DNA of 64,000 nucleotides, from NCBI GenBank assembly GCA_965237525.1, contig CBDEFO010000008.1, positions 1,504,001 to 1,568,000 on the forward strand. Direction: 5' to 3'. The notes under the pieces were generated by a model that searched no databases, was not told the DNA's origin, and saw only the letters and a program-made list of their open reading frames with translations. The first letter of the stretch is position 1, and every line of letters begins with the position of its first letter. Position numbers and translations under genes: made by a program. Below, piece after piece: positions 21,329 to 31,151 of the stretch. Source of the stretch: Candidatus Latescibacterota bacterium. Its GTDB lineage: Bacteria; Latescibacterota; CBDEFO01.

Positions 21329-21785
21329 GACTTTAAGTGAAGTTACTATTAGATCAGGATCGCTGCGGAGACATATACTTGAGGGCCAAGCGTGATGACG
21401 CAGGGAGGGGATAGTCCATTCCTGGTTTACTCATACTTCCTTACGTGTTCAAGAAATTTGCATTGGGTTTAATAGACACCTGTTTTGATAGGATAGCAAG
21501 CAGAAGGAGTTTACCCTCTCTCGAAAGTGTATAGTTTGCACTGGTTATGGACTGAGAAATTTTTGTTGACATCCACAGTCTTATTTTGTATCTTCCCACC
21601 AAATTGATGAGTACCTTACCTTTGTATCTTTCCTCCTGATTGTTCGGTCTTGCATCTCTCGTCCTGGATATAATCCGCACATAGCATTCTCTAAATCGGG
21701 TTCTGACACACATACGTCTCTATACAAGTCGTGAAACAAAAACCACATACTGGAGTTGAACTTTCTGAGTAGAGGGACCCCAAAG

Positions 21786-22690
21786 ATGTTAACATATATT
21801 GCGCAGTTTTTCATGGCCTTGGCAATACTGGGTCTTCTAATAGGATTTTTGACCTCCAGTGGAATCGTTCCGGTCTTCCTATTTTCTGTCACTCCAGCGG
21901 GATTGTTGAACTTCACAAAGGCTATAAGTCCGCTTGCAATATCTTTTCTTCTACTGGAGTTTCTGACAGGTAAGAGTCGCGTACATAAAAGACTTCGATC
22001 CGATCTGTTAAAAGAAGGGGGAGAGTTTATCCTAATACGTGTCGCGCAGTTTTTTCTGGCCTTTGCAATACTGAGTCTTCTGACAGGACTTCTGACCTCC
22101 AGTGGAATCGTTCCGGTCTTCCTATTTTCTGTCACTCCGGCGGGGTTCTTGAACTTAACAAAGACTATGGGCCTGGTAGCAATGTCTTTTCTTCTACTGG
22201 AGTTTCTGACAGGTGAAAGTCGTGTACATGACAGACATCGAGCCAATCTGTCAAAAGAGGGAGGAAAGTCTATCTTAATACGCGCCGCGCAGTGTTTTGT
22301 GGTCTTGGCATTACTGGGCCTTCTAATAGGACTTTTGACCTCCAGTGGAATCGTTCCAGTCTTCCTATTTTCTATTACTCCGGCGGGATTTTTGAACTTC
22401 ACAAAGGCTATGAGTCTCGTTGCAATATCTTTTCTTCTACTGGAATTTGCTTCAGGTAAAGGTCGGGCTCGTAGTAAACATCGAGCCAGTCTATCAAAAG
22501 TGGGAGGAGAGTTTATCTTAGTTCGTGCCGCGCAGTTTTTTGTGGCCCTGGCAATAATGAGTCTTCTGATAGGACTTTTGACCTCCAGTGGATTTGTTTC
22601 GGTCTTTCTGTTTTCCGTTACTCCGGCGGGATTTTTGAACTTCACAAAGGCTATGAGTCTCGTTGCAATGTCTTTTCTTCTACTGGAGCT
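21786..22690 (+). repeat. Tandem repeat, 243-bp period, 4 diverged copies; paralogous monomer at 50117-50400 (-)
   Basis: GCGCAG anchor at 21801, 22044, 22287, 22530. Confidence 0.95.
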
Positions 22691-22700
22691 CATACGGTGA
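21786..22700 (+). CDS. Membrane protein made of four tandem 81-aa units (about 8 TM)
   Basis: AQFF.ALA.L.LLIGLLTSSG.VPVFLFSVTPAGFLNFTK...SFLLLE repeated 4 times; ATG 21786 after AGAGGGA. Confidence 0.75.
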   Translation: MLTYIAQFFMALAILGLLIGFLTSSGIVPVFLFSVTPAGLLNFTKAISPLAISFLLLEFLTGKSRVHKRLRSDLLKEGGEFILIRVAQFFLAFAILSLLTGLLTSSGIVPVFLFSVTPAGFLNLTKTMGLVAMSFLLLEFLTGESRVHDRHRANLSKEGGKSILIRAAQCFVVLALLGLLIGLLTSSGIVPVFLFSITPAGFLNFTKAMSLVAISFLLLEFASGKGRARSKHRASLSKVGGEFILVRAAQFFVALAIMSLLIGLLTSSGFVSVFLFSVTPAGFLNFTKAMSLVAMSFLLLELIR

Positions 22701-22746
22701 ATCTACCACAAGTTCGATCTGTGCCGTCCTTGAGCTAATCAAAAAA

Positions 22747-24129
22747 ATGGCAATTACATTAGGGGAGATAATTAAAGATATTCTGAAAGCAGTCATTGAA
22801 TCACCAAGGTTAATGACTCCTTCTGGTTCAATAGCCAATATTGGAACACATTTCCACGACAATATCTGTAGGTTTAGTGATCCCCACTATCGCTCGGGAG
22901 AAGGTCTCCCGTCATGCGCAATCTTTGTATTCCATCAGAAGGGAGAAGAATACTATGGCGTGGTTGAAGCCCCGGAGGATGTAGCGAACGATCTAGACTG
23001 GTTCGCCACTCAGAACAGACTTCCCTTAAAGTACTATGGAAAACAACCTCCCACAGGCGCAAACCTAAAAGCAGTCCATCTTGACGTAATAGAGTGTGGG
23101 TATGGAGGTTGTGGAGGAAGTGCAGCGATTGCCCAGAGGGCATTTCTTGACTTAATTATATATTCTTTAGATAGGTACACGCCCGTTGATGTAAATGAAG
23201 CAAAAGATAAGGAAAGAGCACTTGGGTCACTCAGAGAAATACAGGTGTTTTATGTCGGCATAGACTCTGAAATAAACGGATTAGGAGATTATTATTCTCG
23301 ATTCGGTGTAGTAACAGAAGGCTTAAATAGAAGTTTATTGATTAAACCCCACGGCCATTGTGTTACCATTAATTCTATTGTCGAAATTGAGGGTGGAGTA
23401 GGCAGGGTGGTTCTCAGCCCAGAACCTGATGGATATGGGCCAACTAACAGGCAATTACAAGAAGTTCTTGCGCCAGCAAATTTCCCCCCAGATTTGGCGA
23501 TGGTTGCATTAGATACAATATACGACGATTCTCTTCTCAGAGAAGGGCATAATCTGTTCAGTCATCCCGATTTCATAAGAGCAGGAGCATTTACAGAACC
23601 CGCAATCAAGAAGAATCCTGACTTTACTAAGAATAGGATAGTACCGGCCTGTCATATTATTGCAGTTGACGATTTAGAGATTAAGGAATTGACAGGAAAA
23701 GAGCTCTGGGAAGGAATTGGCAGCCTGGGATTAATCAAAAGAGGAGATCTGACATTATATGTGACCAGAGGAGACCAGGGGATCATAGCAACAGATTTCA
23801 GTGATTGTTATGAGATAAAGCCAACATATTCAGAGAAAAACTTTACATTAGCCAGGGAAGGTCTCCACCGTGCAGGTGTTGGTGATGCTGCAAAAGGTGT
23901 CTGTTTTATGAGTCATTTTATCGGGTTGCCCCTGAACCTTGCCCAGGAACTGGTGCACCTATTTTCCCAATATAGAATGATCTTTAACGACGCTCACGAC
24001 TATGCAAGGAATGTCAGAGATGAAATTAGAGAAAGGAAGAGAACACTAAATATTGAAACTTTTCTGGTTGATCCTGCGGTAGAGATACCTGAATGGAGAA
24101 GTCTTGCCTATCCAGACTTTGTAACATAG
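22747..24129 (+). CDS. Divergent PfkB/ribokinase-superfamily kinase-like protein
   Basis: IANIGTHFHD, GGCGGSAAIA, YVTRGDQG, RAGVGDA resemble PfkB motifs; large insertion. Confidence 0.5.
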   Translation: MAITLGEIIKDILKAVIESPRLMTPSGSIANIGTHFHDNICRFSDPHYRSGEGLPSCAIFVFHQKGEEYYGVVEAPEDVANDLDWFATQNRLPLKYYGKQPPTGANLKAVHLDVIECGYGGCGGSAAIAQRAFLDLIIYSLDRYTPVDVNEAKDKERALGSLREIQVFYVGIDSEINGLGDYYSRFGVVTEGLNRSLLIKPHGHCVTINSIVEIEGGVGRVVLSPEPDGYGPTNRQLQEVLAPANFPPDLAMVALDTIYDDSLLREGHNLFSHPDFIRAGAFTEPAIKKNPDFTKNRIVPACHIIAVDDLEIKELTGKELWEGIGSLGLIKRGDLTLYVTRGDQGIIATDFSDCYEIKPTYSEKNFTLAREGLHRAGVGDAAKGVCFMSHFIGLPLNLAQELVHLFSQYRMIFNDAHDYARNVRDEIRERKRTLNIETFLVDPAVEIPEWRSLAYPDFVT

Positions 24130-24248
24130 TTACTAGTGGTGACGGAGTAGTGTGCATTGCCAGTGAAAAGACGTTTGAAAAGCTGAAACCGCTGGTGATT
24201 ATAGAATAGTGCTACCAGGTAGCACACGCGTAAGTCCATTGCTATTAT

Positions 24249-25205
24249 CTAAAATCCTTCCCAGCTGGTAACTGTATCATCCTTAAATTCGATCTTCTGA
24301 TCATCTGAGTAATACCAATACTCCCATACTGTCCGGCCCAGTGGACCAACCGTTCGTATTCTTATAGGTTCACCCAAGACCTTCCTTATTGTGTCTTTAG
24401 GCGTCCCTTTTTTCAGCACCGATTGAATATTGTCAGGGTCCTGAACACTGACAACCTTATCATCCTTAAATTCAATCTTTTTGTTATCCGTGTAGTACCA
24501 ATACTCCCGTTCCCATGAACCAGTTTTTTGACCAGTCTTTCGTATTTCAATAGGCTCACCCAAGACTAGTCTTACGGTGTCTTTAGAAGTTCCTATTTCA
24601 AGCGCCTGTTGAATCTTTTCAGGATCCTGCTTAGAAACAGCTGGTTTCGTAGACCGAGTGTCCGATGTCTCTTGTTTTACCTTGTACGGCTTTTTTGTTT
24701 TGGAAATTCCCAAAGCCTTCATTTGTGACCTTCGCCTTAGACGCCTTATAAGATTACCTATCATAGAGCCAAGCTCCTCTAACTTTTCCCCCTGAGTTCG
24801 GTATCTTCTCGTCAAATAGCTCCCTGAGAGAGGATATAGAGGAGGATTCGACCAGGTCCCTAATTCCACTGAATTCCAGATACGGCATTCTTGGCTGTTT
24901 TCCGGAATTAGTAGTTTTGAACCGACACCCAAAAACAATCCAGGAGAAATAATAAAAACTTCTTTGCCTTCATACCGCCAGAGGGAAATACAACCTATGC
25001 CTGTTTCGATTAGATAAGCTTCACTATTCGTGCGAACAATTATAGCCTTATCATCATTACCCATAATTTTTGCAACGTAAACTTTCTCTACCCCAGCATG
25101 GATATCCCTGACGAATAGCAGAGAAGAGATTATAATCAAAAAGATATAAGTTTCCTTACACACCTTTGCCTCTATAGTCTCGCCCAATCTAAATGTCCTT
25201 AACAT
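24249..25205 (-). CDS. Exported protein with two C-terminal SmpA/BamE-like repeats
   Basis: AAAGGAGG RBS; hydrophobic leader; G.SK..VR.VLGEP...EYWYY.D..KIEFKDD.V twice. Confidence 0.65.
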   Translation of the reverse strand: MLRTFRLGETIEAKVCKETYIFLIIISSLLFVRDIHAGVEKVYVAKIMGNDDKAIIVRTNSEAYLIETGIGCISLWRYEGKEVFIISPGLFLGVGSKLLIPENSQECRIWNSVELGTWSNPPLYPLSGSYLTRRYRTQGEKLEELGSMIGNLIRRLRRRSQMKALGISKTKKPYKVKQETSDTRSTKPAVSKQDPEKIQQALEIGTSKDTVRLVLGEPIEIRKTGQKTGSWEREYWYYTDNKKIEFKDDKVVSVQDPDNIQSVLKKGTPKDTIRKVLGEPIRIRTVGPLGRTVWEYWYYSDDQKIEFKDDTVTSWEGF

Positions 25206-25507
25206 TATAACCCCTCCTTTGGTAGACTTGGATTCCACTAATTCTGCCGGGGAAATATACAACCTACCTGTGGCATCTTCTGTCACAGTCTCAATAAAAT
25301 GCGTTCTTCTCTCGGTAAGTATTTCTATGGGGATCTAATGTATTACGTAGCTACGTAAGGTATAGGCTAATTTGATGGGAAAATACAAAATGAAATGTTG
25401 GATGCCATGAGGAATTGTGCAAGTGCTCCCAAATAGTGTCCATAGCACATCCCAAGACGCCAAAAAAGCTGAAACCGTTCGTGAGTATAGAGTAACGGGT
25501 TTTTCGA

Positions 25508-28500
25508 TTAGACGAACCACTCGCAGACCTTTTCTACAATATCCTCTTGCGAATCGAATACCCTGTATTTTGTGGGGAGAAGGTCCAAAAAGACGCGGCC
25601 GTACCAGGTCTTTATGACTCTATTGTCGAGGATAACTATGACCCCCTTGTCGTCTTTATTCCTGATAAGCCTCCCGAACCCCTGTCGGAATCTTATAGCC
25701 GCTTCGGGTATAGAGTAATATCTGAACGGGTCTTTGCCCTTTTTCTCAAACTCCTCTATATGAGCTTCTACAATGGGCTCTGTAGGGACGGCGAAGGGGA
25801 GCCTGGTAAGTACCAAAATCTGTAGAGCTTCTCCCGGAACATCTATTCCCTCCCAGAAGCTGTCCGTTCCCAGAAGGACGGAGCTTTTGTCCTCTTTGAA
25901 TCGTTCTGTGATGTTGGAGCGGGCACCCGAAATGCCCTGTCCTAGAAGGCGTACGCCCTCGTGATCTAAAGGGTCTTTGAGGTCATTGTACATCTTGTTG
26001 AGCATCCCGTAGGACGTAAAGAGGACCAGCGCTCCTCTTTTGACCTTTGTGAAGAGATCTCGTAAAAGTTGTGATGTTCGCTCCTGATACAGCGAGGAGT
26101 CCTTAGGAGATGGCAAAAATGAGGGTATGCAGACGAGCGTCTGACGGTCGTAGTCGAAGGGAGAACTGACACAGAAGGTCTTAACTCGATCTTCCTCCAT
26201 CTTCTCTATTCCCAATCGCTCCAAAAAATATTTGAACTTGCCCCGTATGGCTATCGTGGCTGAGGTGAAGATGGCTGTATTGAGTCCTTCGTAGAGCTGC
26301 TCCTGCAGGAGAGAGGCTATATCGAGCGGCGCAGAGCACATCTTAACATTGAAACTATCCTTCTTGTTTGGAAGTTCAAGCCAATAGACAAAAGCTTCGT
26401 CTTCGGCTTTTAAGAGGAAGTCTAAGTCGTCCAATATCTCGTTTAGCTCGGCTCTTCGGCCCTCTGACTCCTGCGTGAGTTCCTCCTGTGCAGGGAAGGA
26501 GTCACCGGGTAGTTCTTTGAGCCAGTTTAGGAGCTGCGATATTTCTGACTTCAGAAAGTAACCCGAATCCGCAAATCCATCTAACTCCTCTTGCAGGGCC
26601 TCAAAGATGTTATACGCCTTTTTGTATCTTATCTTCTCCGTATAAGTGTCTGTTCTTTTTTCGTCCCCTATCTTTTGCGCCATATCTTTAAAGATATCCT
26701 GCGCCGTCTTCCGGAAGGATGCGTTCGCCTCGATTATGCGGTCTATTTTGAAATCGTAGGCTCTCAGTTCCTGATCCTGGAGGTCAGCAGTTCTGAGTCC
26801 GTCCCTTAAAGAGACCATCGTGCCTGTTTCGTTCTTTTCCTTTTGATAGAACCTGTCGCAGAGGTTCCGGACCCTCCATATATCAAGTTCTCGTCCCAGA
26901 TATTGAGTTGCAACCTTCTCGACATTGTGCGCTTCGTCGAATATCACGTCTTCGTATTCGGAAAGGACAGCGTTCTCGGAGACCATATCGGAGAATAGCA
27001 GGGAGTGATTGACCACTACAACGTGGGATCTGAGGGCTTCTCTCCTTATATTTGTGGCGAAGCATCTCCTTCCGAATCTGCACGTCTGTGCCTTGCAGAA
27101 AGCGCCGTCGGAGCAGATTTTATTCCAGAGAGTAGGGAATCTCCAGGCTTGGAAGGCGGTGTTTTCAGCTATATCGCCGGTTTCGGTCTCTTCAGCCCAC
27201 AGGATTAAGGGCAGAGCGGCTTTTCTCTCGTAGTCTGTAAACGAAGATTCTATGCGGTCGAGGGCTTTGTACCATCTGTTGAGACATATGTAGTTGGACC
27301 TCCCCTTTAAGAGGCAATATCTGAAAGGGACGTCCAGGATTCTATCCAGGAGAGGGATGTCTTTGTAGAAGAGTTGTTCCTGCAGGTTCTTGGTGTTTGT
27401 GGAGACTACGACTCTTTTCCCGTTGGATACTGCCCAGAAGATGGCTGGGATCAGGTAAGCCATGGATTTGCCAGTGCCCGTTCCTGACTCGGCGGCGAGG
27501 AACGAAGAGTTGTTAAGGGCGTCCGCTACAGCTTGGGACATCTCCACCTGCTGATCTCTCCTTTCGTAGCCTTCTATCGCTTGAGAAAGGGGACCTTCCT
27601 CCTTGAAGATCTCCTCTACATCTTCAGAGTCGAGGGGATCTAGATCTGGGTCTGCCTCAAGTGAACCTCTATCTGTCGAGATTCCTCCGATATTGAAAAG
27701 TACTTTCAAATCCTCTGCATTCCCCTTCCGATCTGGACGTCTTCCCTCGGTAGTTATGGCTCTTGAAAGGACATCCTTGGCGGATCTGTTGAGGGATTCG
27801 GAGAAGATCTCTTTAAGACTGGAGTCCGTGCCCGCGATCATCTGCAGCATCTTTTTTACTATCTCGAATTCCGTGTCCTTGAGTTTATCTACAAGACCCA
27901 TAAAGATAGAGGCAGTTACTTCAGCGTTGTCCAACGCCCTTTTAGATCCTTCCGAATCTAATCCGAAGAATTGCACGAGGGTAGGGACTCTGTGATCGGT
28001 AACCGTGGGGAAGAGAGCCTTTGAAAGTTCGAGACTGTCGGAGAACGGTTGGTCGAACCTGCAGTCGAACCTGTACTTGTCGAGGAAGGACATCACAAAT
28101 CGAGCGTTGTGGGAGACTATGGGAAGCCCGTCTGCAAAGAGCTTGAGGTCGTCCAGAACTACACTGAGATGGGGAGCGCCTTTAATGTCGTCGTAGGATA
28201 TACCTGTCAGACGGCTCTTCCTCCTCACATCCCTTTTGAAATCCGACGGTGGATTAAGTGCCAATGTAATGTCCTCTACTGTCTTGGCCCCGTCGGCTTT
28301 AAGGACTGAAAGGAAATGGAGAAATACCTTCAGAGTGACCTCTGCGTCGGGCAGAGCGCGGTGCAGATTTTCAGCGGGAATACCCAGGCTCCGGGCTACT
28401 TTCCAAAGCGGAGTACGCCTGGTCTGAGGCATAAGACGTTTGGCTAACGCCATTAAGTCTATTACAGTATTGTTCAGAGCCTCATATCCTGAGAGCTTTA

Positions 28501-29002
28501 GTTCAGACTGGAGAAAGCTCATGTCGAAATCGGAGTTATAGGCGACGATGACACAATCATCAATAAATTTGAGGAAATCAGGAAGGACGCGCTCAATTGA
28601 AGGAGCATCTTTCAACATGTCGGGGGTGATCTGGTTTGCATCAAAGGCCTCTTGAGAGATAGGCCTTCCTGGATCGATCAACGCCTCAAACTGATCGATC
28701 TCCTGATCCTTGTGGAGTTTGACCGCGCCAATTTCACATATTCTATCACCTGAATAGGCGTCCAGTCCTGTCGTCTCCACGTCCAGGATTACAAATTCGG
28801 TATCGTCTATCGCGCGGGCTGTCTCTGGGGGAATCCCCGATAGATTGGATCGGGGACCGGAGGAAGAGACGAGATGGCTGAACTTGTCCTCAATCTCGCT
28901 CGATTCAACCTTTACGGCTCCTACCTCTATGATCTCAGATTCCTGCGGGTTCAGGCCGGTGGTATTGATGCTCAGGGCGACGAATGTATCGAGTATGGAC
29001 AT
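25508..29002 (-). CDS. dinG: DinG family Fe-S helicase with N-terminal DEDDh exonuclease domains
   Basis: RDQQVEM, ESGTGTGKS, LKGRSNYIC, Cys cluster, IFDEAH, SATI, FWEGIDVPG, QGFGRLIR. Confidence 0.93.
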   Translation of the reverse strand: MSILDTFVALSINTTGLNPQESEIIEVGAVKVESSEIEDKFSHLVSSSGPRSNLSGIPPETARAIDDTEFVILDVETTGLDAYSGDRICEIGAVKLHKDQEIDQFEALIDPGRPISQEAFDANQITPDMLKDAPSIERVLPDFLKFIDDCVIVAYNSDFDMSFLQSELKLSGYEALNNTVIDLMALAKRLMPQTRRTPLWKVARSLGIPAENLHRALPDAEVTLKVFLHFLSVLKADGAKTVEDITLALNPPSDFKRDVRRKSRLTGISYDDIKGAPHLSVVLDDLKLFADGLPIVSHNARFVMSFLDKYRFDCRFDQPFSDSLELSKALFPTVTDHRVPTLVQFFGLDSEGSKRALDNAEVTASIFMGLVDKLKDTEFEIVKKMLQMIAGTDSSLKEIFSESLNRSAKDVLSRAITTEGRRPDRKGNAEDLKVLFNIGGISTDRGSLEADPDLDPLDSEDVEEIFKEEGPLSQAIEGYERRDQQVEMSQAVADALNNSSFLAAESGTGTGKSMAYLIPAIFWAVSNGKRVVVSTNTKNLQEQLFYKDIPLLDRILDVPFRYCLLKGRSNYICLNRWYKALDRIESSFTDYERKAALPLILWAEETETGDIAENTAFQAWRFPTLWNKICSDGAFCKAQTCRFGRRCFATNIRREALRSHVVVVNHSLLFSDMVSENAVLSEYEDVIFDEAHNVEKVATQYLGRELDIWRVRNLCDRFYQKEKNETGTMVSLRDGLRTADLQDQELRAYDFKIDRIIEANASFRKTAQDIFKDMAQKIGDEKRTDTYTEKIRYKKAYNIFEALQEELDGFADSGYFLKSEISQLLNWLKELPGDSFPAQEELTQESEGRRAELNEILDDLDFLLKAEDEAFVYWLELPNKKDSFNVKMCSAPLDIASLLQEQLYEGLNTAIFTSATIAIRGKFKYFLERLGIEKMEEDRVKTFCVSSPFDYDRQTLVCIPSFLPSPKDSSLYQERTSQLLRDLFTKVKRGALVLFTSYGMLNKMYNDLKDPLDHEGVRLLGQGISGARSNITERFKEDKSSVLLGTDSFWEGIDVPGEALQILVLTRLPFAVPTEPIVEAHIEEFEKKGKDPFRYYSIPEAAIRFRQGFGRLIRNKDDKGVIVILDNRVIKTWYGRVFLDLLPTKYRVFDSQEDIVEKVCEWFV

Positions 29003-29132
29003 TATGAGCTATCGTTCAAAAGTATTCGTATCATCTATCGTATTTTCAATCTCTTATTCCGCAGAATGTTCTTCGGTAGAACAGACATTCTTGTCTGTTC
29101 CTTTTGGAGGGCCCGCAACTTGATCTGAAAAG

Positions 29133-30734
29133 CTATACCTCGATGTCATCCACCTGACTCGGATCCATTTCGTTTTTTGCGTACTCCTGAAAGACATGTT
29201 CTTTCAAGGAGAGCTCGACCAGATCCTTATCGATGTGATTGTCCTTGACCATAAACCCGATAATACGCATGGCCTCGGAGAGCTTCTTGGCCTTCTTGTA
29301 CGGTCTGTCCCCGGCTGTTAGCGCTTCGAAGACATCTGCTACTGCTATAATCCGAGCCTCGAGCGGGAGCTGTTCTGCTGTAAGTCCTAAAGGATAGCCT
29401 GTCCCGTCTAAACGCTCGTGGTGTCCTCCCGCGTATTCGGTAACGTTCTTCAGCTTTTTGGGGAACGGGAGTTGGGAGAGCATCTTAATGCTCACCGGGG
29501 CGTGATTTTCGATAATCTTCCTCTCCTCATCCGTCAGAGTCCCAAACCCCCGTATCGAAAGGTTGTGCAATTCGTCCTCTGTAAGGAGATGCTCCCTCTT
29601 TCCATTAGATTTGTAAGTCTTCTTTGCGATAGTCTCAAGCTTCTGGATATTCTCCTCCTCCATAAACTCAGCAACCTTGTTGCATTCTAAGATAAAATCT
29701 ATCTCCTCTTGTGTCTCCCTCAGTCTCCTTTTCAAATCTCGCCCGCTCTTTTTCAGCTCATCAGGATCTTTTTTGCCCTTCAACACAAGATCCAGTTTTG
29801 CCTTTAGGGCCTTAATTTCCAAATCCCGCTTGAGAATCTCATAGCGCGTCTTAACCATCTCCACCCTGTCGAATATAGTCGCAAGCTTGGTAGCCTTATC
29901 CACAACATACTCAGGCGTTGTGATCTTGCCTACGTCGTGCATCCACGCCGCGACCCTTAGCTCGTTCATCTGATCGGGGGTAAAGTGAACATTTTGATAA
30001 GGTCCATCTTTAACATCGTTTACCCTTTGGGCTATCGCCATCGTCAACTCAGCGACCCTGCTTATGTGCCCTGCGGTATAGGCGGATTTTTCATCTATAG
30101 CCGTCGCGATAGATCTTATAAAGGCATCAAAGAGGTTCATCAGTTCTTGGATAAGCTCTGCGTTGGTAATCGCCACAGCCGCCTGGGAAGCCAACGACGA
30201 AATTAAATCCTCAAGGTCACTTGAAAAAGGAACAAGTTCCTCTGTATCGGGGTTCTTTGCGTTGAGGAGTTGAAGCACTCCGATAATGTCATCTTCATGA
30301 TTCCTCATAGGCATAACGAGCATCGACTTAGATCTGTAGCCGGAGCTCTGGTCAAAATTCCTTGTCCCTGTAAAATCGAAACCTTCCGCTTCGTAGACGT
30401 CCGGAATATTGACCGCTTCACCTGTGTTTGCCACATTCGCAGACACGTGCGACTCGTTGGGCTTCCCTTCTATGTAAAGCGGCACAGGCGGCCAGGTTAT
30501 CTCCTGTCCGCTTGTGCCTCCCATCCTCGTGTTCAGAGTGTCGTTCTGAAGAATCTCGAACTTAAGGTCCTTCTCCTGAACCAGGTGGAGGGTTCCCCCA
30601 TCCGCGTTCGTAAAGTCCCTCGCATTATCCACGATCATCTCCAAAAGCCTGTTCAGATTCCGTTCGCCAGAGAGGGCGATTCCGACCTGGTTCAACCTCT
30701 CTACCATCTTTTGAAGGTCTATATTGTCAGCCAT
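29133..30734 (-). CDS. GAF + HD-GYP cyclic dinucleotide phosphodiesterase
   Basis: GAF (YRSKSML..PM, GVLQLLNA); WMHDVGK; HHERLDGTGYPLGL. Confidence 0.93.
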   Translation of the reverse strand: MADNIDLQKMVERLNQVGIALSGERNLNRLLEMIVDNARDFTNADGGTLHLVQEKDLKFEILQNDTLNTRMGGTSGQEITWPPVPLYIEGKPNESHVSANVANTGEAVNIPDVYEAEGFDFTGTRNFDQSSGYRSKSMLVMPMRNHEDDIIGVLQLLNAKNPDTEELVPFSSDLEDLISSLASQAAVAITNAELIQELMNLFDAFIRSIATAIDEKSAYTAGHISRVAELTMAIAQRVNDVKDGPYQNVHFTPDQMNELRVAAWMHDVGKITTPEYVVDKATKLATIFDRVEMVKTRYEILKRDLEIKALKAKLDLVLKGKKDPDELKKSGRDLKRRLRETQEEIDFILECNKVAEFMEEENIQKLETIAKKTYKSNGKREHLLTEDELHNLSIRGFGTLTDEERKIIENHAPVSIKMLSQLPFPKKLKNVTEYAGGHHERLDGTGYPLGLTAEQLPLEARIIAVADVFEALTAGDRPYKKAKKLSEAMRIIGFMVKDNHIDKDLVELSLKEHVFQEYAKNEMDPSQVDDIEV

Positions 30735-31050
30735 GTAGGTCACCTCTTAAAAGTTGGCTGTAATGCTCAAGGCGTAAAACCTTACGGAAGTCCAAAAACA
30801 TTCCTTCTCAAAGACTGTAGTTTTGACTTAAACGTTCGTCCATCGCTACTTCTGGGTTGGAGCGCAATAATACAGAAGATAGCATCGGCTTTCTGCTTAT
30901 GAAGATATAACAAAACTCTCGTGTTTGCAAGGGCTTTGTGCATGGTCGAACAGAAAATCTATCTTTAAGTGATAGAAACCACTGCAATTACAGGAAGAGT
31001 AGGCTATACTATAGATTAGGTTATACTATTAAGGAATATAAGGGGAAAGC

Positions 31051-31092
31051 AAAAACAGGGCTGTTTGAAGACGCGAGGTCTTAAACAGCCTT
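31051..31092 (-). terminator. Rho-independent terminator
   Basis: AAGGCTGTTT-AAGAC...GTCTTC-AAACAGCCCT followed by GTTTTTG on the - strand. Confidence 0.75.
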
Positions 31093-31151
31093 GAGCAGCT
31101 ACCTTGTCCAAGGAGCGCTCCCCAATGCTCCTCTGGACCACTTTCGCAGCA
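31051..31151 (-). ncRNA. Candidate small structured RNA or attenuator, about 100 nt
   Basis: Lies between TTGACA-17-TACATT (31185-31157) and the terminator; GAAA-capped hairpin and GTCCA-AGGAGC/GCTCCT-TGGAC stem. Confidence 0.35.

Noticed and set aside
21726..21741. parS-like site (GTGAAACA)
   Set aside because: Only one half-site is present, and no full parS palindrome was seen in the window.
21581..22693. 370-aa Lys/Arg-rich antisense ORF over the repeat (also 50100-50408 over the monomer)
   Set aside because: The opposite strand has an SD, an ATG and coherent TM segments. One stop-free unit repeated four times explains the length, so it is treated as a shadow ORF.
21786..22700. CRISPR array or DGR template/variable repeat
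   Set aside because: The units are 243-bp coding repeats without unique spacers, the differences are not adenine-specific, and there is no cas or RT gene in the window.
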